Shown: positions 17,365 through 28,815, numbered from the stretch's first letter. The stretch: DNA of 49,538 nucleotides from Lachnospiraceae bacterium (GCA_016282595.1 JAEEKV010000154.1:1-49538); one strand, 5' to 3'. The notes: generated by a model not told the origin, from the letters alone. Numbers and translations are program-made.

Positions 17365-17393
17365 AATATACTGCATTTCCCTTCCTGCGTCAA
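17365..17393 (-). promoter_or_regulatory. Sigma-A type promoter of the SAM riboswitch-metK unit
   Basis: On the minus strand: TTGACG (17393-17388), a 17-nt spacer, then TATATT (17370-17365), about 15 nt upstream of riboswitch P1. Confidence 0.5.
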
Positions 17394-17487
17394 GCCCTTT
17401 TATTTTTATCTTTTCACAAAAACCTTTTCGTGCTATTATTATTGTGTATAACTACGTAATAAAAGGAACTCGACAAAGGATACTGGT

Positions 17488-18672
17488 ATGAAAAACTATG
17501 TAGTCAAACAAGCGGATCCCCGCATGAAGCGAGTACCGTTGTCAAAACTGACGCCCGGCATGGTTACCAGCGAGGATGTCTATACCTCCAACAACCAGCT
17601 GATCGTTCCCAAGAGAACCACACTGACGGATAAGCTCATCACCAAGCTGGAGCTCTATGACATATTAAACGTCAGGATCGATGAGATCGAGACGGAGGCC
17701 CGGAAAAAGAAGGCCGAGTCCGGCGATCCCACCGCCGCCCTGGTGTCCGCTGCGGAAGCAGCTGCGGGAGTAGAGGATCAGGAGCCGGAGGGACAGTCCT
17801 ATTCCGAGATCATCCGTTCTTCACCGGAGTTTATCGAATTCCAGGCGAATTTTGATGAAGCCATTGGCGGATTCAAAAACTCCATGAACGCCATCTTAGA
17901 GCAGGGTGAGCCCATCGACGTCAACGAGGTGTTCCACTCCACCATCGATACCTTCGATATGGAATCTACCACCTCCTTCGGTTTCTTCCACTTTTTGCAG
18001 AACATGCGCCAATATGACGATCTGACCTATGCACATTCCCTGAATGTGTCCCTGATCACCTCTCTCTTGGCCGGCTGGCTGCACTTTTCACCGGAAGAGC
18101 AAAAACTGGCAACCCTTTGCGGACTGTTTCACGACATCGGCAAGCTTACCATCCCGGATTCCATCACCAAAAAGCCTGACAAGCTGACGGATGAAGAATA
18201 CAAGATCATGAAAAATCACACGATCTCCGGCTTCCAGCTCTTACAAAAACAGGATCTGGATGACCATATTAAAAATGCGGCCCTGATGCATCACGAAAAA
18301 TGCGACGGCAGCGGCTATCCCTTAGGACTTACGGGAGATAAGATCGATAAATTCGCCAAGATCGTAGCCATCGCAGATGTGTATGACGCCATGACCGCCG
18401 CCAGAGTCTATCGTGGTCCACTGTGCCCCTTCACCGTAATCGAGATCTTCGAAAAGGAAGGACTGCAGCGCTACGAGACGGAATACATTCTCTGCTTTTT
18501 GGAAAACGTGGTACAGACCTTCATCAACAACCGTGTGAAGCTTACCAACGGACTCATCGGCGATATCGTCTATATCAACAAGCAGCATCTTTCCAAGCCC
18601 ATGGTAAAATGCGGCAGCCAGTTCATCGATCTGGCCAACGAAAAGGATGTCTCCATTGAATGCTTTGTATAA
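17488..18672 (+). CDS. HD-GYP domain protein (putative c-di-GMP phosphodiesterase)
   Basis: [11 protein letters not shown] and [14 protein letters not shown] are HD and GYP signatures. AAAGGATACTGGT-ATG supplies the RBS. Confidence 0.85.
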   Translation: MKNYVVKQADPRMKRVPLSKLTPGMVTSEDVYTSNNQLIVPKRTTLTDKLITKLELYDILNVRIDEIETEARKKKAESGDPTAALVSAAEAAAGVEDQEPEGQSYSEIIRSSPEFIEFQANFDEAIGGFKNSMNAILEQGEPIDVNEVFHSTIDTFDMESTTSFGFFHFLQNMRQYDDLTYAHSLNVSLITSLLAGWLHFSPEEQKLATLCGLFHDIGKLTIPDSITKKPDKLTDEEYKIMKNHTISGFQLLQKQDLDDHIKNAALMHHEKCDGSGYPLGLTGDKIDKFAKIVAIADVYDAMTAARVYRGPLCPFTVIEIFEKEGLQRYETEYILCFLENVVQTFINNRVKLTNGLIGDIVYINKQHLSKPMVKCGSQFIDLANEKDVSIECFV

Positions 18673-18712
18673 GGTCTGAAAAAAAGACATAAAAAACAAG
18701 ACATAAAAATCG

Positions 18713-18742
18713 AACCGCAGGATTTGTTTCCTGCGGTTTTTC
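18713..18742. terminator. Bidirectional terminator between the convergent HD-GYP gene and murA
   Basis: aaccgcagga-tttgtt-tcctgcggtt is flanked by an A-run on one side and a T-run on the other. Confidence 0.7.
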
Positions 18743-18749
18743 TTCTGTA

Positions 18750-20042
18750 TCAGCCTGTCTTTAACTGGAATTTCTGGATCTCTTTTTCCGTTGCCACCTT
18801 TTCGATCATGGCCCCCAGTCCTCTGAGCTTCACATCGAAATCTTCATAGCCACGCTCCACATAGTAGATATCATCCACCACGGTAATGCCCTCTGCTGCC
18901 AGTCCTGCGATCACAAGGGCTGCGCCTGCACGAAGGTCCGGTGCCGAGATCCTGGCACCCGTGTATTTGGTTACGCCGTCAATGATGGCGGTATTGCCTT
19001 CTACCTTGATATTGGCTCCCATCTTGGCAAGCTCATCCACGTACTTAAAGCGGTTTTCAAAAATGCTCTCCGTTACGATGCTGGTACCATCGGAAAGAGC
19101 CAGGGTCGTGGTGATCTGCGGCTGCATATCCGTAGGGAAACCGGGATAAGCCAAGGTCTTTACATGGGTATGGGTCAGGGGGCCGGATGCCACTACTCTG
19201 ACCTCGTCATCGGATTCCCTGACCTCACAGCCAAGCTCGATAAGCTTTGCGGTGATGGACTCCAAATGCTTGGGGATCACGTTTCTGACGGTTACATCTC
19301 CCTTGGTAGCCGCTGCCGCAAACATAAAGGTTCCGGCCTCGATCTGATCGGGAATAACGGAATATTCGGTTTTATGGAGCTTCTCAACGCCGCGGATCCT
19401 GATGACATCGGTTCCGGCGCCCTTGATGTTGGCTCCCATACTGTTCAAAAAGTTGGCAAGATCAACGACATGGGGCTCTTTTGCCGCATTCTCGATGATG
19501 GTTCTGCCCTCAGCCAGGGCTGCAGCCATCATGACGTTGATGGTGGCTCCTACGGTAACCACGTCCATATAGATGTGGCGTCCCGTCAGCTTTTCCGCCT
19601 CTGCGATAACTCTGCCGTGAGCGATCCGGACATTGGCGCCAAGAGCACGGAAGCCCTTGATATGCTGGTCGATGGGTCTGGAGCCGATGTTACAGCCGCC
19701 CGGAAGGGCAACCTCTGCTCTTTTGTATTTACCAAGGAGCGCTCCTAACAAATAGTAGGAAGCCCTGATCTTTTTGATATATTCATTATCCACCAGCAGA
19801 TCCTGAATCCCTGCTGCATTGATAATGACTGTGTGACGGTCTGTTCTCTGAACGGAGACACCGATCTCTTCCATGGCCTGGATCAAAACATTGATATCCC
19901 GCACATCCGGAAGGTTATCGATCCTCACCGTCTCATCCGTCATAACGGATGCGGCTAAAATGGCAAGCGCAGCATTCTTGGCTCCGCCGATATCCACTTC
20001 ACCCACCAGAGGATTCCCGCCTCTTATCACATACTGTTCCAT
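18750..20042 (-). CDS. murA: UDP-N-acetylglucosamine 1-carboxyvinyltransferase
   Basis: Full-length similarity pattern: VRGGNPLVGEVDIGGAKNAAL, LPGGCNIGSRPID and FPGFPTDMQPQ. Confidence 0.95.
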   Translation of the reverse strand: MEQYVIRGGNPLVGEVDIGGAKNAALAILAASVMTDETVRIDNLPDVRDINVLIQAMEEIGVSVQRTDRHTVIINAAGIQDLLVDNEYIKKIRASYYLLGALLGKYKRAEVALPGGCNIGSRPIDQHIKGFRALGANVRIAHGRVIAEAEKLTGRHIYMDVVTVGATINVMMAAALAEGRTIIENAAKEPHVVDLANFLNSMGANIKGAGTDVIRIRGVEKLHKTEYSVIPDQIEAGTFMFAAAATKGDVTVRNVIPKHLESITAKLIELGCEVRESDDEVRVVASGPLTHTHVKTLAYPGFPTDMQPQITTTLALSDGTSIVTESIFENRFKYVDELAKMGANIKVEGNTAIIDGVTKYTGARISAPDLRAGAALVIAGLAAEGITVVDDIYYVERGYEDFDVKLRGLGAMIEKVATEKEIQKFQLKTG

Positions 20043-20109
20043 GATTTACCTCTTAGGAAGTTTTCATAACTTTTTCAATTATATACCCAAATCTTTGTTT
20101 TTGTAAAGC

Positions 20110-21678
20110 CTAGTTAATCACATTCAGCGGATTTACCGCTACACCGTTAACCAAAATCTCAAAGTGGATGTGGGGTCCGGTGCTTCGTCCCGTATTTCCG
20201 GAAAGGGCGATCTTCTGACCCTGGGATACCCTCTCACCCGGTTTTACAAGAATCTTGGAAAGGTGTCCGTACCTTGTCTGTTTGCCGCCTTCATGGTTGA
20301 TATAAACCACATAGCCGTAGCCGCTACCCCAGCCTGCACGCTCCACAACGCCGCCGCTGGAGGCCACAACCGTAGTTCCCACAGGAGTTGCCCAGTCAAT
20401 TCCCTTATGATAGGTGGAAGCTCCCTTCTTGGGCGCTTTTCTTCTGCCGAAGGGCGAGGAGATCCGTCCGCCGGAAATGGGCTTGATATAGGTAGGCGGT
20501 ACTTTGGTCCCCACCTCCACGATCTTGGGCACTGCGGGATAGGTGACTTCCTCCATCAAAATCTCGGTGTCTGTCTCCTTGTCGTTCCAGTAGGTCTTCC
20601 TGGCCGCTACCTTCCGGTGTCCAGCCGAAGGGGCCTGGCGCACCTCTTTATCCGTGGTGTACCAGTTATCATTATAAATATATTCAATCTCGGCCTCGTA
20701 GTTTTCCTCGTAGTAAAGCTCCTCCTGCCTTCCTATGGAAAGAGGCGGAACGGGGGAGGTGATGATGAGCTCCTGACCCACGCGGATGGTGGAATTTTCA
20801 TCCTCCAGGGTTTCATTCAGTGCAATCAGGGTATCCAGGGGCGTTTCCGTGGAAAGAGCAATTTCCGAAAGGGTATCCCCGGACTGTACCTCATAGATCT
20901 TCTGCTCCTGGGCCGGATTGGTTAAGATCTGCGTAGCCTGGGCAGGATCCGTTAATTCTGCGTCTGACAGATAGGATTCCACCACCTCTACCTGATCGGC
21001 AAAATACAGATTTTTCAGCCCGTAGTCAAAGCCTGCAAAGCCTTCTCCTGCGGCCTTCAGCCCGGCCCTGGGCGCTTCCAGCACATCCGAATCTCCGGCC
21101 TCGGCGGATACCTTATCCAGCTCAGTGGCCGTATCCTGGTCAATGGTCTGTGCCTTGAGCACGTTGATCTGGCGGTCCTCATCATTGGTAAGCGCCACCA
21201 CAAAATCCTGTTTTTCCTGATAGCCGTCAATGGCTGTCTGCAGCAGCTCTCTTACCTGATCCAGACTTCTGACGTTTACAAGGGTGGTGCCTACCTTCAC
21301 GGAGTAAGCGGGCTGATCCACTGCGATCTCCCCGCTTCTGAGTACCTCTTCCATCCTGTCTGTCATCTCTTCGTCGGAGGAAAAATGGGCGAAGTTGTCT
21401 TCTCTGGGCTCCACATACAGATCCGCCTGGGCATAAAAAATATCGCCCTTTTCTTCAGCGATCCTACGCCTTGCCTGCATCAACAGACTTTCCGGATCCT
21501 GGCCGCTGCGAAGACGTCCAACGATCTGCCCGTTCACCATGACCTCAAATACGTTGTTGCCCTCGGGATGATACATGGTGAAATTCGGCAACAAAAACAG
21601 GGCTATGACAAAGGTCAAAGCCGCTGTTTTTAATCTGCATATTCGCATTCTTCTGTGATAACGTGTAAAATAACTCAT
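20110..21678 (-). CDS. M23-family peptidoglycan metalloendopeptidase with a LysM domain
   Basis: N-terminal TM segment. LysM domain: YEVQSGDTLSEIALSTETPLDTLIALN. LytM/M23 domain: HKGIDWATPVGTTVVASSGGVV...GHLSKILV..GNTGRSTGPHIHFEI. Confidence 0.85.
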   Translation of the reverse strand: MSYFTRYHRRMRICRLKTAALTFVIALFLLPNFTMYHPEGNNVFEVMVNGQIVGRLRSGQDPESLLMQARRRIAEEKGDIFYAQADLYVEPREDNFAHFSSDEEMTDRMEEVLRSGEIAVDQPAYSVKVGTTLVNVRSLDQVRELLQTAIDGYQEKQDFVVALTNDEDRQINVLKAQTIDQDTATELDKVSAEAGDSDVLEAPRAGLKAAGEGFAGFDYGLKNLYFADQVEVVESYLSDAELTDPAQATQILTNPAQEQKIYEVQSGDTLSEIALSTETPLDTLIALNETLEDENSTIRVGQELIITSPVPPLSIGRQEELYYEENYEAEIEYIYNDNWYTTDKEVRQAPSAGHRKVAARKTYWNDKETDTEILMEEVTYPAVPKIVEVGTKVPPTYIKPISGGRISSPFGRRKAPKKGASTYHKGIDWATPVGTTVVASSGGVVERAGWGSGYGYVVYINHEGGKQTRYGHLSKILVKPGERVSQGQKIALSGNTGRSTGPHIHFEILVNGVAVNPLNVIN

Positions 21679-21679
21679 C

Positions 21680-22819
21680 TTATAAAATGCCCAGCATCTG
21701 CAATACGGTGATCGCCAGCGAGGCGAGGGAGAACAGGCAGGTAAATACCATAAGTGCCTTCAATCCCTTTTGTTTATCCGTTCTCTTTTCTATATGATCC
21801 AATCGTTCCAAAACGTCTCTGTTTCTGGCGCTGACGGTTTCCATCACTGCAGCCTGAACGTTCCGATATACCTTTACGTCTTCCTTATGGACAAAGTCCT
21901 CTACCTTCTTCTCTACCTCATCCAGATATACCCGAAGACCTACTACAAGCTCTTTGATCTGAGACAAGGTTTCGGCGGTCTGTTTTCCGTCCTCTTTTAA
22001 AAGCTCGGACATTTCCGCTACGATCTTATCGGTGCTGCCTTCGGACAGTGCATCCCGAAGCTGGTCCATCTTGGTCCAGGTCTCCTGCCTTCCCCGCACG
22101 GCGCTGTTTTCGATCTCGCTCAAAGAGGCTTCAATCTCATATACAAAGTTGGGCTTTACATCCTTGCCCAGATTGGTGTCCATTTTTTCGGAGATGGCGG
22201 CATACCGATCCTCCATCTTCCGGGTGAACTCCACATAGGTGGATTGCATCTGCTCCTGTACGCTCATCTGAGAGCCTGCGCTCTGCTCTAAGTTCTGGAG
22301 CTGCTGCTGCATCATGGACATGCTCTGCCAAACCTCAGTCTGCCAACTGGTAGGCTTGTTCTGGTTATCCAAAAATTCCTGCATGAGCGCTGCCAACTTG
22401 GCATTGTGCTCCGACTGGTTTTCCTGGAAGGACAAAAGAGAGCTCTCCAGGGATTCCACATTCTGCAGCTCGGTATGCAGCTGGCTCATGCCCTGATACA
22501 TCTCCAGCTCCCATCCGGTTCCGCCGTCTAAAGCGTTTTCCGCATTCAGGTTCTTCTCCTGCTCAGCGGCGGCGGCAGCATTCTTTAAGACATCCTCAAA
22601 CTCTTCGAGACGTTCAATGGAAAGTGCAGCCATCTGGGATACCTGCTCGGAGATCTCCACAGTCTTTAAATTCAGGCGGCGGATCTCGGAAAGTACCTGT
22701 GTCTGCTCATCATTTTGCTCCTTGAGCTTTTGCATTTGTCTGGCTTCTGCTTCCCTGTTGGCCTGAATCAGTTCCCCTGCATGAAATCTTCCTGAAAGTC
22801 TGTCCATAAAATTGTCCAT
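21680..22819 (-). CDS. Tail-anchored Q/E-rich coiled-coil membrane protein, unknown function
   Basis: The start is trimmed to ATG 22819 (GAGGGAGGTTTGGA-ATG). The sequence is long heptad-like and Q/E/L/M-rich. A single C-terminal TM segment is present (LKALMVFTCLFSLASLAITVLQMLGIL). The stop lies 1 nt before the M23 peptidase start. Confidence 0.6.
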   Translation of the reverse strand: MDNFMDRLSGRFHAGELIQANREAEARQMQKLKEQNDEQTQVLSEIRRLNLKTVEISEQVSQMAALSIERLEEFEDVLKNAAAAAEQEKNLNAENALDGGTGWELEMYQGMSQLHTELQNVESLESSLLSFQENQSEHNAKLAALMQEFLDNQNKPTSWQTEVWQSMSMMQQQLQNLEQSAGSQMSVQEQMQSTYVEFTRKMEDRYAAISEKMDTNLGKDVKPNFVYEIEASLSEIENSAVRGRQETWTKMDQLRDALSEGSTDKIVAEMSELLKEDGKQTAETLSQIKELVVGLRVYLDEVEKKVEDFVHKEDVKVYRNVQAAVMETVSARNRDVLERLDHIEKRTDKQKGLKALMVFTCLFSLASLAITVLQMLGIL

Positions 22820-23118
22820 TCCAAACCTCCCTCGTCTCCGTTTGACTCCTAATCTGTTCATTTCGACTCTCTGTTTTTGTGCAATTTGTACAAAAAATCT
22901 ACTTAAACGTTTTAGAATTTGTCTATATTAACTAAACCTTTACATCGTGTTCATATTTTATTCATATCTGGATGATACTATAAATACAAGTTAAACAACA
23001 GTTTAAACAAGTCCTCTTTTTAGAAATACTCAAAGATATTTTTTCATAATAGCCGCGGGGCCGAAAGGCTTCGCGGCACTCCTCATTTTATGGGGAGTTT
23101 TTTCTTTTTCATCCACTT

Positions 23119-23754
23119 TTAATCAACCTTCAGGCTTTGGATCTCTTCATTCAGGGACAGCATCTTAGCGTCCAGATCCGATACCATCATGGCGCACTCC
23201 ACCAGCTCTCTTTTGATATGCTCCGGTGCGTTGCCTTCAAATTTATAATGGATCTTATGCTCTAAGGACGCCCAAAAGTCCATGGCTACGGTTCTGATCT
23301 GGATCTCCACCTTCACATCCAGGATCCTGTCAGACAAAAAGACGGGCACCGTTACAATGAGATGATAACTCTTATAACCGCTGTCCTTGGGATTTAAGAT
23401 ATAGTCCTTGACGGAAACCACCTTCAGATCGCTCTGGTTGATGAGCATTTCCGCGATACGGTAGATATCCGAGGTAAAGGAGCAGATGACCCTGATCCCG
23501 GCAATGTCATTGACATACTTTACCATGTTGGGGATGGTGGTCTCATATCCGTTTTTCTTCAGTTTTTTCACAATGCTTTCGGAAGTCTTGATCCTGGCCT
23601 TGATGTGCTCAATGGGATTGTACTGATGCACATGCTGAAACTCATCATTTAAGATCTCCAGCTTGGTATTGACTTCCTTCAGCGCCGAGCTATAGACAAG
23701 CTGCACTTCCTGCCAGCTATCTACCTCGTCCTTCATTTCGGGTATGTATTCCAT
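23119..23754 (-). CDS. relQ: Small alarmone synthetase (RelQ/RelP-type GTP pyrophosphokinase)
   Basis: 211 aa. DIAGIRVICSF, SGYKSYHLIV and VEIQIRTVAMDFWASLEHKIHYK are colinear with Bacillus YjbM/YwaC. Confidence 0.85.
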   Translation of the reverse strand: MEYIPEMKDEVDSWQEVQLVYSSALKEVNTKLEILNDEFQHVHQYNPIEHIKARIKTSESIVKKLKKNGYETTIPNMVKYVNDIAGIRVICSFTSDIYRIAEMLINQSDLKVVSVKDYILNPKDSGYKSYHLIVTVPVFLSDRILDVKVEIQIRTVAMDFWASLEHKIHYKFEGNAPEHIKRELVECAMMVSDLDAKMLSLNEEIQSLKVD

Positions 23755-23817
23755 ATTTCTTTTCCTATGCTGCTACTTCGGTTAACCGTTTTTGCAAAAT
23801 AGCCCAGTTTCCGTTAT

Positions 23818-23846
23818 ATTGTACCATATTTCCCTGCCGGATACAA
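23818..23846 (-). promoter_or_regulatory. Sigma-A promoter with extended -10 for relQ
   Basis: On the minus strand: TTGTAT (23846-23841), a 17-nt spacer ending in TGG, then TACAAT (23823-23818). Confidence 0.5.
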
Positions 23847-23860
23847 TCTCAGGGGCAGGA

Positions 23861-24127
23861 TTACTCATCCTCTATGACTTCAATCTCCAGATAATCAAAG
23901 GGGATCTCTTCGATGAAATGATCCTGGTAAAAGCGTGTTTTGGAATGCAGCTGGAACTCCTTGATGGTCTTGTCCAGCCAGATGGGCTTGGCCAGGTCGA
24001 ACTGTTTGCAGGCAGACTCAAGCGCAGAAAACACCTTCTGTGTCCTGCGCTTGTCTGAATCGTCACAGATCACCGTATCTTCGATCAGGTGACTGTCCTT
24101 TATTTTTTTCACCCACATACGAAACAT
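23861..24127 (-). CDS. Hypothetical 88-aa acidic protein, translationally coupled to galE
   Basis: The ATG lies 2 nt after the galE stop, with GAGGA 7 nt upstream inside the end of galE. No family recognised. Confidence 0.55.
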   Translation of the reverse strand: MFRMWVKKIKDSHLIEDTVICDDSDKRRTQKVFSALESACKQFDLAKPIWLDKTIKEFQLHSKTRFYQDHFIEEIPFDYLEIEVIEDE

Positions 24128-24129
24128 GA

Positions 24130-25146
24130 TCAGTCCTCAAAGCCGTTGGGATTTTGGCTCTGCCATCTCCAGGCATCCTCGCACATCTTCCTGATGTCCC
24201 GCTCTGCCTGCCAGCCCAGCTCTTTTTTCGCAAGAGAGGGATCCGCATAGTTGGTGGCAATATCCCCCGCTCTTCTGGGTGCGATCTCATAGGGGATGGT
24301 AACCCCTGTTGCCTCTTCAAAATTCTTGATGATATCCAGCACGCTGTAACCGATTCCGGTTCCCAGGTTGTAGATCTTAAGCCCCGGATTCTCGGACAGC
24401 TTGGCTACGCTCTTAACGTGTCCCAGTGCTAGATCCACCACATGGATATAATCTCTGACTCCGGTACCGTCCGGCGTATCATAATCGTTTCCGAAGACTC
24501 TCAGTTTTTCCAGTTTGCCTACGGCAACCTGGGTGATATACGGCATCAGGTTGTTGGGGATGCCGTTGGGATTCTCTCCGATGAGGCCGCTTTCATGGGC
24601 ACCGATGGGATTGAAATACCGAAGCAGGATCACGTTCCACTCGGGATCCGCCTTCTGAATATCAGACAAAATCTGCTCTAACATACTCTTGGTCTGTCCG
24701 TAAGGATTGGTGATCTCTCCCTTGGGGCAGTTTTCGGTAATGGGGATCTCTGCAGGCAAACCGTAAACTGTAGCGGAAGAGGAAAAGATGATATTCTTGC
24801 AGCCGTTTTTACGCATCACGTCAAAGAGTACAAGGGAACCTGCAATGTTGTTCTGATAGTACTCCCAGGGCTTTTCCACTGACTCGCCCACTGCCTTGAG
24901 GCCTGCAAAATGGATCACACTTTCGATCTTGTTTTCATCAAAGATCTTCTGCAATCCTTCCCGATCCAAAATGTCTGTCTGATAGAAGGGGATCTCTTTT
25001 CCGGTGATCTGTTTCACACGGGCAAGGGATTTTTCACTGGAGTTAGACAGATTATCCACGATCACTACATCATAACCTGCACTGATCAATTCTACGGTTG
25101 TATGACTGCCGATAAATCCGGCTCCGCCTGTTACCAAAATTGCCAT
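24130..25146 (-). CDS. galE: UDP-glucose 4-epimerase
   Basis: [23 protein letters not shown] and YGQTKSMLE (YxxxK). Confidence 0.92.
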   Translation of the reverse strand: MAILVTGGAGFIGSHTTVELISAGYDVVIVDNLSNSSEKSLARVKQITGKEIPFYQTDILDREGLQKIFDENKIESVIHFAGLKAVGESVEKPWEYYQNNIAGSLVLFDVMRKNGCKNIIFSSSATVYGLPAEIPITENCPKGEITNPYGQTKSMLEQILSDIQKADPEWNVILLRYFNPIGAHESGLIGENPNGIPNNLMPYITQVAVGKLEKLRVFGNDYDTPDGTGVRDYIHVVDLALGHVKSVAKLSENPGLKIYNLGTGIGYSVLDIIKNFEEATGVTIPYEIAPRRAGDIATNYADPSLAKKELGWQAERDIRKMCEDAWRWQSQNPNGFED

Positions 25147-25210
25147 AGCTTTGTCCTCCCGGTTTTAAAAGTTAGCCTATGCTTACTTTTTTCTATAAAT
25201 CCTATCGATT

Positions 25211-26221
25211 TTACAGCAGCATTACGCCGTGCTCTTTTGCGTACTTAACATCCTTTTCGGGCCAGATAGAAGCCTGTACTTCTCCGATATGAGCCTTACG
25301 CAGGAAGAACATACAGATTCTGGACTGGCCGATACCGCCACCGATGGTGTAGGGAAGTTCCCTGTTCAAAAGGGCCTTCTGGAAGGGAAGTTTGGCTCTT
25401 TCCGGGCAGCCTGCCTTATCCAGCTGCTCCTTCAGAGAATCCTCATCCACACGGATCCCCATGGAGGAGATCTCAAAGGAGATGTCCAGTACAGGGTAAT
25501 AAACGATGATATCACCGTTCAGCTTCCAGTCATCATAGTCCGGTGCACGGCCGTCATGAGGCTCGCCGTTTGACAGCTTATCTCCGATCTGCATCAAAAA
25601 GACTGCGCCGTACTCCTTAGCGGCTTCTCTTTCCCTTTCCTTTGCACTCAGATCAGGATATCTGTCCAAAAGCTCCTGGGTGGTGATAAAGGTGATCTCC
25701 TCAGGTAAAAAGCACTCTACATAGTTGTACTCGTTTGCCACATATTTTTCGGTAACGCGAAGAGCCTCGTAAACGGATTTGACTACGTCCTTTAAGGTCT
25801 CTTCGTTTCTCTGCTCTTTTTCGATGACCTTTTCCCAGTCCCACTGATCCACATAGATGGAATGAATGTTGTCCGTATCCTCATCTCTGCGGATGGCGTT
25901 CATATCGGTGTAAAGACCTTCTCCTACGGAGAAGCCGTATTTGCCAAGGGCCATACGTTTCCACTTTGCCAGGGAATGTACGATCTCGCAGGGCTTTTCT
26001 CCCTGCTCCTTAATGCCGAAGGAAACGGGACGCTCAACGCCGTTTAAGTTATCATTCAATCCGGACTCCGGCTCCACAAAAAGGGGCGCGGAAACACGGG
26101 ATAAGTTCAGCTGGGTAATGAGTTCTCTCTGGAAAAAGTCCTTCACACGTTTGATGGCTTTTTCGGTATCTTTGATTCCCAGTGCGGGCGCGTAGCCCTC
26201 CGGGATGGTGATAGTGCTCAT
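25211..26221 (-). CDS. asnA: Aspartate--ammonia ligase (asparagine synthetase A)
   Basis: Colinear with E. coli AsnA: [28 protein letters not shown] and GGGIGQSR. Confidence 0.92.
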   Translation of the reverse strand: MSTITIPEGYAPALGIKDTEKAIKRVKDFFQRELITQLNLSRVSAPLFVEPESGLNDNLNGVERPVSFGIKEQGEKPCEIVHSLAKWKRMALGKYGFSVGEGLYTDMNAIRRDEDTDNIHSIYVDQWDWEKVIEKEQRNEETLKDVVKSVYEALRVTEKYVANEYNYVECFLPEEITFITTQELLDRYPDLSAKEREREAAKEYGAVFLMQIGDKLSNGEPHDGRAPDYDDWKLNGDIIVYYPVLDISFEISSMGIRVDEDSLKEQLDKAGCPERAKLPFQKALLNRELPYTIGGGIGQSRICMFFLRKAHIGEVQASIWPEKDVKYAKEHGVMLL

Positions 26222-26233
26222 TGGTTTATCCTC

Positions 26234-27625
<1,392 letters not shown>

Positions 27626-27668
27626 GATCGTGTTTCCTTTCTGTTTTATCTAAAACAATCAAATAATT

Positions 27669-27697
27669 AGTATAGCGCAATCGCTGCTTTCTTTCAA
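27669..27697 (-). promoter_or_regulatory. Sigma-A type promoter for asnS
   Basis: On the minus strand: TTGAAA (27697-27692), a 17-nt spacer, then TATACT (27674-27669). The leader is only about 35 nt. Confidence 0.5.
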
Positions 27698-27734
27698 GAA
27701 GCAGGCCCGGCTCCTTTGCCGATCCGTCTCCTTA

Positions 27735-28706
27735 CTATTTTGCCGCCCCGATGAAGGCATTAAAGGCAGGAAGCGCCAACTTATAATACCTATTTCCGAT
27801 CTCCTGGGTAAACGCGTGTACCAAAGCGGTATTGAAGGTTGCCTTATCCTTACTTTCCAGCATGCATGCATAGAGCTTGCGGTAAGCACCCGGGGTCAGA
27901 CCCTCCTCCTTGAAGGCTGCACGGATCTTTTTCTTGACCGCCTCGGAGATCTTGTTGTTACTCTGTCCGTTATTATTCTGTTGATTGTTATTCTGCTGAT
28001 TCTGATTCTGTTTGTTGTTATTCTGTTGGTTGTTATTTTGGGAAGCTGCTTTCTGATTCTGCTTGGCCGTATCCTGTTGTTCCTTTTTCCGGGCATTCTT
28101 CCCTTTGCCGGAGTTTTCCTTTCCTTCCTTTGCAACAGTATCTGCATCGGCCTTATCGTTCTTTTGGGCTTTCGTCTTTTTCTCTGTATTCTTTGCAGCC
28201 GCTGCCTTTGCTTTCTCATCTGCAGTCTTTTTCTCGGCAGAGCCTGTGGCCTTCTTTGTGGTCTTCTTGGTCTCTGCGGAAGCTGTCGATTTGGTCCTGG
28301 TCTTTTTCTCATCCGGCAGGATCTGCCTTGCCAGATTGTGGAAGCGGCTGATCGAAATTCCCTTTTCGGACCAGAAATCCACAACGGCATCAAAGCCCGC
28401 ATCGCGGCTGATGATCATCACTTCATTGGATGCATCAGCCCCCTCCTGTGAAAGCTCCACTGCCTTTGCCACCAGGTAACCTAAGTAGGTTGTCAGCTGG
28501 AAGTCCAGGTAATTCTTCGCCGTTTTCGTGGTACGGATAAATTCCAGCTTAGCTCTTGTGGAGGTGATCTTTACCAGATCCTCAAAAGGGACGGACCCTG
28601 TTCTGGGTCCGTAAAAGATGATCAGGCGATCCTCCTGTAAAAGCTCCTCCACTCCGGTGATCCCCCGAATCCCTGTATTCTCATAATCTACTAAATAAAA
28701 AACCAT
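27735..28706 (-). CDS. NYN/LabA-like (PIN-fold) domain protein with a Lys/Ala-rich and a Gln/Asn-rich disordered linker and a small C-terminal helical domain
   Basis: The start is trimmed to ATG 28706 (GAGAGGA upstream). The N-terminal pattern YLVDYEN ... KNYLDFQL ... VMIISRDAGFDAVVDFW matches the D-x-E-N / KN-x-x-D / S-x-D-x-x-F layout of NYN/LabA domains. Residues 141-232 are K/A/T-rich. Residues 233-262 read QNNNQQNNNKQNQNQQNNNQQNNNGQSNNK. Confidence 0.7.
   Translation of the reverse strand: MVFYLVDYENTGIRGITGVEELLQEDRLIIFYGPRTGSVPFEDLVKITSTRAKLEFIRTTKTAKNYLDFQLTTYLGYLVAKAVELSQEGADASNEVMIISRDAGFDAVVDFWSEKGISISRFHNLARQILPDEKKTRTKSTASAETKKTTKKATGSAEKKTADEKAKAAAAKNTEKKTKAQKNDKADADTVAKEGKENSGKGKNARKKEQQDTAKQNQKAASQNNNQQNNNKQNQNQQNNNQQNNNGQSNNKISEAVKKKIRAAFKEEGLTPGAYRKLYACMLESKDKATFNTALVHAFTQEIGNRYYKLALPAFNAFIGAAK
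27951..28040 (-). repeat. Low-complexity coding repeat (AAT/AAC/CAG/CAA codons) encoding the Q/N tract
   Basis: The plus strand shows reiterated ttgttattctg / ttgattctg units, encoding 16 Asn in 30 residues. Confidence 0.8.
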
Positions 28707-28784
28707 ATATGCATTATCCTCTCTTTGTTTGATCAAACCATCCGGATTGAAATCATTCCGGCAAGTATATGTCCTTTGATCCTC

Positions 28785-28815
28785 CTTCGTTCAGATCATT
28801 CTTCGTTCAGATCAT
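28785..28815. repeat. Tandem duplication (15-nt unit, 16-nt period) spanning the stop codon of the CarD-like gene
   Basis: cttcgttcagatcat occurs at 28785-28799 and again at 28801-28815. Confidence 0.85.

Noticed and set aside
23119-24127. toxSAS toxin-antitoxin pair (small alarmone synthetase next to an 88-aa gene)
   Set aside because: The synthetase is colinear with housekeeping RelQ/RelP (YjbM/YwaC) and has its own TTGTAT-17-TACAAT promoter in the 106-nt gap. The 88-aa gene is translationally coupled to galE, not to the synthetase.
27626-27734. T-box or attenuator leader upstream of asnS, possibly sensing the Asn-rich ORF upstream
   Set aside because: The gap is only 109 nt and contains a good sigma-A promoter that leaves a leader of about 35 nt. 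That is far too short for a T-box, and no specifier or antiterminator structure was seen.
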